A stretch of DNA of 53,992 bases, taken from NCBI GenBank assembly GCA_046704825.1, contig JBJKRE010000253.1, forward strand, positions 1-53,992, in the 5' to 3' direction. Positions 47,645 through 53,992 of this stretch are shown piece after piece; the stretch's first letter is position 1; each line of letters opens with the position of its first letter. The stretch comes from Acidobacteriota bacterium. Lineage in GTDB: Bacteria; Acidobacteriota; UBA4820; DSQY01. Below the pieces are notes generated by a model, which searched no databases, was not told the DNA's origin, and saw only the letters and a program-made list of their open reading frames with translations. The position numbers were made by a program, and so were the translations under genes.

Positions 47645-48253
47645 TCAAAAGCGGAACACGACGCCCACCCTCACATCCACGTGGTCCGTCTTCCACTTGT
47701 CTACCCTGTGATAGGCCAGTTGGGCGGCGATGCCGGCCCTTTCGCCGAAGAAGTGCCTGTAGCCGATCGCCCCCCCATAGGTCGTTCCGTTTCTGAACGT
47801 CGCGTCGCTGGGCCCGCCGTAAGCCTGGTAGGATTCGTGCGCGAAAGTAACTCCGACGTTGAGCTGAAAATAGAGCTGGCCGTCTCGGCCCAGCGGCGCC
47901 ACGAGTTCCGGCCCCACCTCGAAAATCCCGTAGGTATTCTCGAAATCTCTCACAGACCACCACGGTGTCGGGCTCATGTGATAGATCAGCACCCTCTGCC
48001 TGAATTTGCCCTGGTTGTATATCAATCCCATGTGAAGGGCGAGATTGTCGGTGTAGAAGTACTCGCCGTCGACGCTGGCGGTCAGCCCCGCCAGGGGCTT
48101 CATGCTGCCGGTTTGCCCCACGTAGTCGGGAAAGCCGGCCGCGCCCGATTCGAGCTGGAAGCCAGGCAGAACCGAGACATACCAGGAGCCCACCTGCGCG
48201 TGTGCGGCGAAGGCCATTGACGCCAGAAACAGGAACAAGACGACTTTCTTCAT
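47645..48253 (-). CDS. Small outer-membrane beta-barrel protein, paralogue of 46897-47490
   Basis: MKKVVLFLFLASMAFAAHAQ. Alignable to the neighbour (SVDGEYFYTDNLALHMG vs SVDGSYFFTDRWALHMG; AYHRVDKWKTDHVDVRVGVVFRF vs AYHRIDAWNTDQLDVRVGWVYRY). Confidence 0.75.
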   Translation of the reverse strand: MKKVVLFLFLASMAFAAHAQVGSWYVSVLPGFQLESGAAGFPDYVGQTGSMKPLAGLTASVDGEYFYTDNLALHMGLIYNQGKFRQRVLIYHMSPTPWWSVRDFENTYGIFEVGPELVAPLGRDGQLYFQLNVGVTFAHESYQAYGGPSDATFRNGTTYGGAIGYRHFFGERAGIAAQLAYHRVDKWKTDHVDVRVGVVFRF

Positions 48254-48339
48254 GTTATCCCCCGTCCATATGCCGCCCGCAGTTCAGAGAGCGGAAAGTT
48301 TCCCCTGGCGATACAATCGTAGTGTACTTTTCGGGGACG

Positions 48340-48368
48340 ATTATAGTCGTCTTAATCAGATCTGTCTA
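48340..48368 (-). promoter_or_regulatory. Sigma70-type promoter for the OMP gene at 48253
   Basis: Reverse strand: TAGACA (48368-48363), 17 nt, TATAAT (48345-48340). Confidence 0.45.
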
Positions 48369-48426
48369 TGGTATCGGCCGTTCCGGCATGGGAGCAGAGC
48401 GCTGGAACGGCACGCTCGAGGCCGAG

Positions 48427-48915
48427 TCAGACGGGATGAATATCCGGTGCGACCTGGGAAAGGACGGCCTCCATGAAGATGGCTGCCGTGCCGTCGCTGT
48501 AGTAGTTCTCGCCCCGGCCCAGCCGCTTGAAGCCGTAGCGCTCGTACAGGGCGATGGCCGGCGCGTTGTTTTCGCGCACCTCGAGGTGGATGTGCTCGGC
48601 ACCGTTCTGCCTTGCGTAGCTCGTGACGTGGAACAGGAGCGCCTCACCGAAGCCGCGGCCCCGGCACGCCTCGTCCACCGCCACGTTGATCAGGTGGGCC
48701 TGCTCGTATATCAGCCACAGGAAGGCGTAGCCGACGACCCGCCCCTCCCACTCGGCCACGAACGAGGCGCAGAATGGATTGCGCGCGAACTCGTACTCCA
48801 GCGATTCGTAGGGCCACGGGCTCGGGAAGGTCGCGGACTCGATGCCGCTGACCCTCCCGAGGTCCGCCTCACGCATGGGCCGGATGCAGGCGAGTGCTTC
48901 CCGCCTCAGCGCCAC
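48427..48915 (-). CDS. rimI: Ribosomal-protein-alanine N-acetyltransferase (GNAT)
   Basis: IRPMREADLGRVSGIESATFPSPWPYESLEYEF ... INVAVDEACRGRGFGEALL ... LEVRENNAPAIALYERYGF. Confidence 0.85.
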   Translation of the reverse strand: MALRREALACIRPMREADLGRVSGIESATFPSPWPYESLEYEFARNPFCASFVAEWEGRVVGYAFLWLIYEQAHLINVAVDEACRGRGFGEALLFHVTSYARQNGAEHIHLEVRENNAPAIALYERYGFKRLGRGENYYSDGTAAIFMEAVLSQVAPDIHPV

Positions 48916-48943
48916 GACCGCAGGCCCTCCGACTCAGGGCCCG

Positions 48944-49840
48944 TCATGGCAGGGGCTGGTCGGTGATTTTCTCGTAGGCTTCCCGGTACTTCTCGGACGT
49001 CCGGGCGATGACCTCCGCGGGGAGTTCCGGCACCGGCGGCTCCTTGTTCCAGTTGATGGACAGGAGGTAGTCGCGGACGTACTGCTTGTCGAAGGACGGC
49101 TGAGCCTTGCCCGGCTCGTAGAGGTCGGCGGGCCAGAAGCGGCTCGAATCGGGCGTGAGCGCTTCGTCGCAGAGGATCACGTTGCCTTCGAGCATGCCGA
49201 ACTCGAACTTCGTGTCGGCGATGATGATGCCCCGCTTCCTCGCGTAGTCCGAAGCGAAGTTGTACAGGCCGAGGGACAGCTCCCTCACCTTGTCGGCGAG
49301 TTCCCCGCCCACCAGCTCCACGGCCTGTTCGAAGGCGATGTTCTCGTCGTGGCCCGTCACCGCTTTCGTCGAGGGCGTGAAGATGGGTTCGGGCAGCCGG
49401 TCGCTCTCCTTGAGCCCGGCGGGCAGGGCGATGCCGCAGACCTTGCCCGTCTTCTGGTAGTCCTTCCAGCCGGAGCCGCTCAGGTAGCCCCGGACCACGC
49501 ATTCCAGGGGCAGCATCTCCGCCTTCCTGGCCAGCATGAAGCGGCCCTCCAGGCTCTCCTTGTGCGGGCAGAGCTGGGACGGGAGGTCGTCGGGGTCGAT
49601 GCTCGCCATGTGGTTCTTGACGATGTGCCGGGTCTTCTCGAACCAGAAGGCCGAGAGCAAGTTGAGCACCCGGCCCTTGTCCGGGATGCCGTTGGGCAGG
49701 ACGTGGTCGAAGGCGGACAGGCGGTCCGTCACCACGATGAGGACCTGGTCGTCCAGGTCGTACATGTCCCTCACCTTGCCTCTGGAGAGGAGCGGGATGT
49801 CCGAATATTCCGTTTTCGTCACTACAGGGCGCATGGTCAT
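48944..49840 (-). CDS. purC: Phosphoribosylaminoimidazole-succinocarboxamide (SAICAR) synthase
   Basis: LLSRGKVRDMYDLDDQVLIVVTDRLSAFDHVLPNGIPDKGRVLN ... IIIADTKFEFG ... LCDEALTPDSSRFW. Confidence 0.93.
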   Translation of the reverse strand: MTMRPVVTKTEYSDIPLLSRGKVRDMYDLDDQVLIVVTDRLSAFDHVLPNGIPDKGRVLNLLSAFWFEKTRHIVKNHMASIDPDDLPSQLCPHKESLEGRFMLARKAEMLPLECVVRGYLSGSGWKDYQKTGKVCGIALPAGLKESDRLPEPIFTPSTKAVTGHDENIAFEQAVELVGGELADKVRELSLGLYNFASDYARKRGIIIADTKFEFGMLEGNVILCDEALTPDSSRFWPADLYEPGKAQPSFDKQYVRDYLLSINWNKEPPVPELPAEVIARTSEKYREAYEKITDQPLP

Positions 49841-49918
49841 TCCTCCTGAATGTCCGGCCGGCCTGCCGCCGCCGGACCGGTGGTTAGGGGCTCCGCCGCC
49901 CCCGCGCCGTGCGCGGGC

Positions 49919-51103
49919 TCACGACGGAACCTTTCCGGTTCGGGGCCCGCCCTTCACGACCGTCACCTCCCGTCCCTTCATGACGACCGTCAGGCCGGCA
50001 CCCTTCCGGGCGGCCGCGGCGAACTGTTCCGCGTCCTTTGCCGAGTCCCATTTCGTCGTCCAGGTGAAGGCCGTCTCTCCGTTCGGGCCCACATAGACTT
50101 CGTAGGCATCGCCTCCCCAGCCGGCCGCCGCGCGGTCGGCCGTCTCCCCGGAAACACCCCATTCCTCGAGAATAATGCGCACGTTGAGTTCGCCCCAGGT
50201 CCCGCCGTCCAGCTCCTTCCAGCCGGCCTTCTTCCAGCCGGCCGGCGCGGTGACGCGGACCTTGAGCGGCGGGTCGTTCCCCGCGAAGTACTTGGCCGGA
50301 TGCAGGACCTCCTCCATGGACTGCGGCGGGTGTTCGTAGAGCGCGTTGACCCCGGCGAACCCGGAGCGGGCGTAGGCCGCCCGAACGAGCCTCAGCCCCC
50401 CCAGGTAGGCCATGAGGAGGTTCTGCTCCACGTAGGCCGGCGCGGCGCGCCCCAACATCTCCTGACCGAGTCCCATTGTCTTCGCGAGGTCGTCCATGTT
50501 CTTCTGCTTCGCGGGCGGTACGCCCAGCAGCGAGTACATGTAGCGGAGCATGACCCACGTGGCGTCGCCCTCCACCACGCAGCGCGCCGCGCTCGCACGG
50601 TCCTCGTCGCTGTGGTCTTCGAGCGGCAGGCTCAGGAGGTGGAAGTGCTGGTCGGTGAGGGCGTGGTCCAGCTCGTGGACGAGGAAGATGTCGGACATGC
50701 TGCCGTTCTTGATGCCCATTTCCGACAGGAGGTCCTCCCCGCCCAGGGCGTCCTTGTCCACGTACAGCACCTTGGCCCTGGGGTCGTACAGCCCCGCGAC
50801 CTGGTCTTCGAGGAGTCCCGTCATGACCTTGCGGAGGTCCATCTTCGGCGGGATCAGGCCGAAGGTCCTGAGCACCGTCTCCATCTTCGGCCACTGCCCT
50901 GCCGGGTACTCCCGGTCCATCTCCTCGACGAGGATCTGCTTCATCCGGGCGCCGTCCACGTAGCGCGCCGTCACCGGCCGGGTGAACGTGAGCCCCCGGA
51001 GCTTTTCGACCTGGCGCTCGAGCGCGTGGAGGTGGTCCGCGGCGGAAACCGGCAGAACGAGGAGGAGCAGTAAGGCGGCGGCTAACGAACACCGTCTGCG
51101 CAT
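49919..51103 (-). CDS. Secreted putative zinc metalloprotease (HExxH)
   Basis: ATG at 51103. Signal peptide MRRRCSLAAALLLLLVLPVSA. FLVHELDHALTDQH contains HExxH. The longer track ORF (to 51232) extends into repeat DNA. Confidence 0.6.
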   Translation of the reverse strand: MRRRCSLAAALLLLLVLPVSAADHLHALERQVEKLRGLTFTRPVTARYVDGARMKQILVEEMDREYPAGQWPKMETVLRTFGLIPPKMDLRKVMTGLLEDQVAGLYDPRAKVLYVDKDALGGEDLLSEMGIKNGSMSDIFLVHELDHALTDQHFHLLSLPLEDHSDEDRASAARCVVEGDATWVMLRYMYSLLGVPPAKQKNMDDLAKTMGLGQEMLGRAAPAYVEQNLLMAYLGGLRLVRAAYARSGFAGVNALYEHPPQSMEEVLHPAKYFAGNDPPLKVRVTAPAGWKKAGWKELDGGTWGELNVRIILEEWGVSGETADRAAAGWGGDAYEVYVGPNGETAFTWTTKWDSAKDAEQFAAAARKGAGLTVVMKGREVTVVKGGPRTGKVPS

Positions 51104-51144
51104 ACAGAGATTGTGCCACCACCCCCCGGGGGGGTCAAATGGGT

Positions 51145-51264
51145 GGGGAATTTGGGAATTGGGAATTGGGATTTCGGATTTGGACTGCCGCAGTCGGGAT
51201 GCCTTCGAAGGCTCGTCCCCCGTCGTCTTCAAATCCCAAATCCCAAATCCCCAATCCCAAATCT
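51145..51264. repeat. Composite repeat copy forming a long imperfect inverted repeat around a TTCGAA core
   Basis: Left arm GGGGAATTTGGGAATTGGGAATTGGGATTTCGGATTTGGA. Core GATGCCTTCGAAGGCTC (TTCGAA 51204-51209). Right arm TTCAAATCCCAAATCCCAAATCCCCAATCCCAAATC is the approximate reverse complement of the left arm. Confidence 0.8.
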
Positions 51265-51363
51265 CTTACTTCTCCCGTTTGCACCGCCCACGGGCCGTGG
51301 GTATAGTGAACCTCTGATGGAGGGGGGATTCCCCTCCCGCTGGGCAAATCTGGAGGGATTTTC

Positions 51364-53187
51364 ATGGCGAAGATCGTCGAATGCGTCCCCAACTTCTCCG
51401 AGGGGCGCGACATGGCCGTCATCAAGCAGATCACCGACGCCGTCGAATCGGTGGAGGGCGTCGTTCTGAAGGACGTGGACCCGGGCGCCGACATGAACCG
51501 CGTGGTCGTGACCTTCTTCGGGCCTCCCGAGGGCGTGAAGGAGGCGGCCTTCCGCGCCGTCAAGAAAGCGTCCGAAGTGATCGACATGAGCCGCCACCAC
51601 GGCTCCCATCCCCGGATGGGCGCCACGGACGTGTGCCCCTTCGTCCCCGTGAACGGCGTCACCATGGCCGACTGCGTGGAGATGGCGAAGGAGGTGGGCC
51701 GGCGCGTGGGCGAGGAGCTGTCCATCCCCGTCTACCTGTACGAGCACGCCGCCACGCGCCCGGAACGCAGGAACCTGGCGGACGTTCGCCGCGGCGAATA
51801 CGAGGGCCTGGCCGAAAAGCTCAAGAAGCCCGAGTGGGCCCCCGACTTCGGGCCCGCCGAGTTCAACGCCCGGGCCGGCGCCACGGTCGTCGGCGCCCGC
51901 GAGTTCCTGATCGCCTACAACATCGACCTCAACTCCCGGTGTAAGGACCACGCGACGGACATCGCCTTCGCACTAAGGGAGAAGGGCCGGTCCGCGAGGA
52001 CGGGAAACACAACCCCCTTCTACTACATGGGCAAGCTCATGAAGCACGAGGACGGGCGGTACTTCTGCGGAACGTGCGGCCACATGGCGGTCGCCCCCGC
52101 CGCCCTCTTCGACCACTGCCGCTCGGAACACGGCTACGACGCCGAGGACCTCTACCGCCAGTGGGGCACCGCACCGGACAAACTGGCCGGGCAGTCCGTC
52201 AAGATCCCCGGCCTCTTCACGCACTGCAAGGCCATCGGCTGGGTGGTGCCCCAGTTCGACCGGGTGCAGATCTCCATCAACCTCACCGACTTTACGGTCA
52301 CGCCGCCCCACCTGGTGCTCGAAAAGGCCCGGGAACTGGCCGCCGAGCGGGGCCTGGTCGTGACCGGCAGCGAGATCGTCGGGCTGGTGCCGCTGCAGGC
52401 CATGCTGGACGCGGGGCGCTTCTACCTCGAGCGGCAGGGGCGGTCCACCGGCATTCCCGAGGAGGACGTCCTGAAGACCGCCGTGCAGAGCATGGGCCTC
52501 GCGGACGTGTCGCCCTTCGACATCCGTGAAAAGGTCATCGGTTTCCGTGAGCCCGCTCCAGAAGACCTCGTCGCGCGGCGGACGGACGACTTCGTGCACG
52601 AGGTGTCCCGCGAGTCCCCGGCGCCCGGCGGCGGCAGCGTCGCTGCGCTCGCCGGCTCGCTCGGCGCGGCCCTGGCCGCCATGGTGGCCAACCTGACCGT
52701 GGGCAAGCCGGGTTACGAACCCGCCTTCGAGGCCATGGCCCGGACCGCCGTGGACGCCCAGGGCGTCAAGGACGCACTCCTGGCCGCGGTGGACGATGAC
52801 ACGCAAGCGTTCAACGCCTTCATGGACGCCATGCGGTTGCCGAAAAAGACGGCCGAAGAGAAGGCCGCGCGCAAACAGGCCATGCAGGCCGGGCTCCGGC
52901 AGGCGGTGGCCGTCCCCCTCGAAACGGCGCGTAAGAGCCTGGCGGCCATCGCCCTTGCGAAGCAGGCGGCCGAGTCGGGCAACAAGAACTCGGTGTCCGA
53001 CGCGGGCGTGGGCGCGCAGATGGCCTACGCCGGCATGAAGGGCGGCGTGCTCAACGTGCTGATCAACCTCGGCGGCATCGAGGACCAGACCTTCGTGGCG
53101 GAGATGAGGGACGAGGTCGAGCGCATCGAAAAGGAGGCCGCACGGCTCCTGGACGAGACCATGGCCGTCGTGCTCAGCAAGATATAG
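51364..53187 (+). CDS. ftcD: Bifunctional glutamate formimidoyltransferase / formimidoyl-THF cyclodeaminase (FTCD-like) with a zinc-finger-containing insertion
   Basis: KIVECVPNFSEGRD, HPRMGATDVCPFVPV (transferase). C-terminal SPAPGGGSVAALAGSLGAALAAMVANLTVGK (cyclodeaminase). Insertion near residues 208-282. Confidence 0.85.
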   Translation: MAKIVECVPNFSEGRDMAVIKQITDAVESVEGVVLKDVDPGADMNRVVVTFFGPPEGVKEAAFRAVKKASEVIDMSRHHGSHPRMGATDVCPFVPVNGVTMADCVEMAKEVGRRVGEELSIPVYLYEHAATRPERRNLADVRRGEYEGLAEKLKKPEWAPDFGPAEFNARAGATVVGAREFLIAYNIDLNSRCKDHATDIAFALREKGRSARTGNTTPFYYMGKLMKHEDGRYFCGTCGHMAVAPAALFDHCRSEHGYDAEDLYRQWGTAPDKLAGQSVKIPGLFTHCKAIGWVVPQFDRVQISINLTDFTVTPPHLVLEKARELAAERGLVVTGSEIVGLVPLQAMLDAGRFYLERQGRSTGIPEEDVLKTAVQSMGLADVSPFDIREKVIGFREPAPEDLVARRTDDFVHEVSRESPAPGGGSVAALAGSLGAALAAMVANLTVGKPGYEPAFEAMARTAVDAQGVKDALLAAVDDDTQAFNAFMDAMRLPKKTAEEKAARKQAMQAGLRQAVAVPLETARKSLAAIALAKQAAESGNKNSVSDAGVGAQMAYAGMKGGVLNVLINLGGIEDQTFVAEMRDEVERIEKEAARLLDETMAVVLSKI

Positions 53188-53190
53188 GCG

Positions 53191-53395
53191 ATTTGGGAAT
53201 TGGGATCTTGGATTTCGGATTTGAAGGACGGCCGGGGACGGGCCTTCGAAGGGAGAGACTCTCACCACAGAGTTCACAGAGCACACAGAGGAAAAGAGCA
53301 GATCCTGGATTAAAAGGGCGGCAGACGGGAAACCCTCGAAGGACCCCCAGCGACTATTTTCCCGGTCACTTGATCCTCGATCACTGCGCCGACAG
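53191..53395. repeat. Composite repeat copy downstream of ftcD
   Basis: GATTTGGGAATTGGGATCTTGGATTTCGGATTTGAAGG. Core GGGGACGGGCCTTCGAAGGG (the same 17-mer context as 36329-36346). CACCACAGAGTTCACAGAGCACACAGAGGAAAAG array. Later CCCTCGAAGG and GGTCACTTGATCCTCGATCAC. Confidence 0.75.
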
Positions 53396-53669
53396 GCGCA
53401 TCAGACGCGCAGTGTGGACCCCGCGAAGCGGCGTCCACCGTCCTCCTGTTCCCATCCCAGTGTCGGTGGACGCTCGGGCTTGCAGCCCCCGGCTCCACCC
53501 TGCCAGGTCACTCTATTATGCGCAGGCGCACCTAGCAGGCTGCTCGCAGAGCTCCTCGCATCTCCACTCTCCACGTATTCGGTGGGCAACGCCGCTTCGC
53601 CGCTTTTGCCCACTACGCAACTACGCAACCAGGCGGATATCTGAGAACAATTTAGGTCCAGGCACCGCC

Positions 53670-53992
53670 CAATCACGCGGGATGCGCCCGGTCCGGCCCA
53701 GAAGATGCCCTCACGCGGGAACGGCGCTGGCGTGCGATGCTCCACGTCTTCGCATCCCGCGCCGGGCTCAATCAGGCGGTCGGACCAAGATCCTAAGCGT
53801 GCAAAACCCGCACAATCACGCGGGCGCTGCCCGGTCCGGCCCAGAAGATGCCCTCACGCGGGAACGGCGCTGGCCCGGACCTTCTTCGGACGGCTGCTGG
53901 CGTGCGATGCTCCACGTCTTCGCATCCCGCGCCGGGCTCAATCAGGCGGTCGGACCAAGATCCTAAGCGTGCAAAACCCGCACAATCACGCG
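53670..53992. repeat. Tandem repeat of a 143/170-bp unit, truncated by window end
   Basis: Unit 1 is 53670-53812 and unit 2 is 53813-53982. A third unit begins at 53983 (CAATCACGCG). The units are near-identical except for about 5 substitutions near the start and a 27-bp insertion in unit 2. Confidence 0.85.

Noticed and set aside
48376-48410. Hairpin GCCGTTCCGG...CTGGAACGGC after rimI as an intrinsic terminator
   Set aside because: The stem is plausible, but no U-tract follows on the transcribed (minus) strand. Evidence is insufficient to call a terminator.
53193-53966. 257-aa ORF spanning the repeat region after ftcD
   Set aside because: It reads straight through low-complexity oligo arrays and the tandem repeat (its peptide repeats itself), has no RBS, and has a biased Arg/Pro/Ser composition. 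It is most likely non-coding.
53670-53992. Possible CRISPR array at the right edge
   Set aside because: The whole 143/170-bp unit is repeated, with no alternation of short conserved repeats and unique spacers. No cas genes are in the window.
53670-53992. Possible diversity-generating retroelement TR/VR pair
   Set aside because: Differences between the two units are not adenine-specific (a to c, t to g, g to c, c to t, clustered in 5 nt, plus an indel). No reverse transcriptase gene is nearby.

Overview
Very GC-rich (judged by eye, not computed), gene-dense chromosomal segment. Gene content suggests an anaerobic Thermodesulfobacteriota ('deltaproteobacterial', Syntrophobacterales-like) genome, but this is inference only. 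About 50 CDSs can be supported; no rRNA, tRNA, CRISPR, transposase, integrase or phage genes were recognised. Most content is housekeeping or regulatory: etfBA, acpP-fabF, gltX, purC, rimI, HU, an M16 peptidase, an FTCD-like fusion, five histidine kinases, an NtrC-type and an OmpR-type regulator, and an HD-GYP response regulator. Many long ORFs in the track are antisense shadows of real genes, caused by stop-codon-poor GC-rich DNA. Four observations stand out. (1) 450-8943 holds a translationally coupled operon. It combines a TusA-like and two DsrE-like sulfur carriers with an MvhD-like protein, two HdrA-like flavoproteins (one split by a complete GltD/NfnB-like NAD(P)H module) and a QmoC-like membrane subunit. 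It has no HdrB/CCG subunit and no apr/sat/dsr/hydrogenase partner in the window, and it sits behind a sigma54-type promoter. This does not match the Hdr/Qmo/Flx/sHdr architectures I know and is my best candidate for an undescribed system. (2) A family of composite intergenic repeats occurs in at least 5-6 copies: a conserved GGCCTTCGAAGG-type palindromic core flanked by copy-specific 7-9-nt oligo arrays. (3) A structured 143/170-bp tandem repeat runs off the right edge of the window. (4) A GspE/PilB-like protein has a near-perfect tandem MshEN-type c-di-GMP-binding motif but degenerate ATPase motifs, and no pilus or T2SS genes are nearby. All functional calls come from motif recognition by eye; no database search was run.
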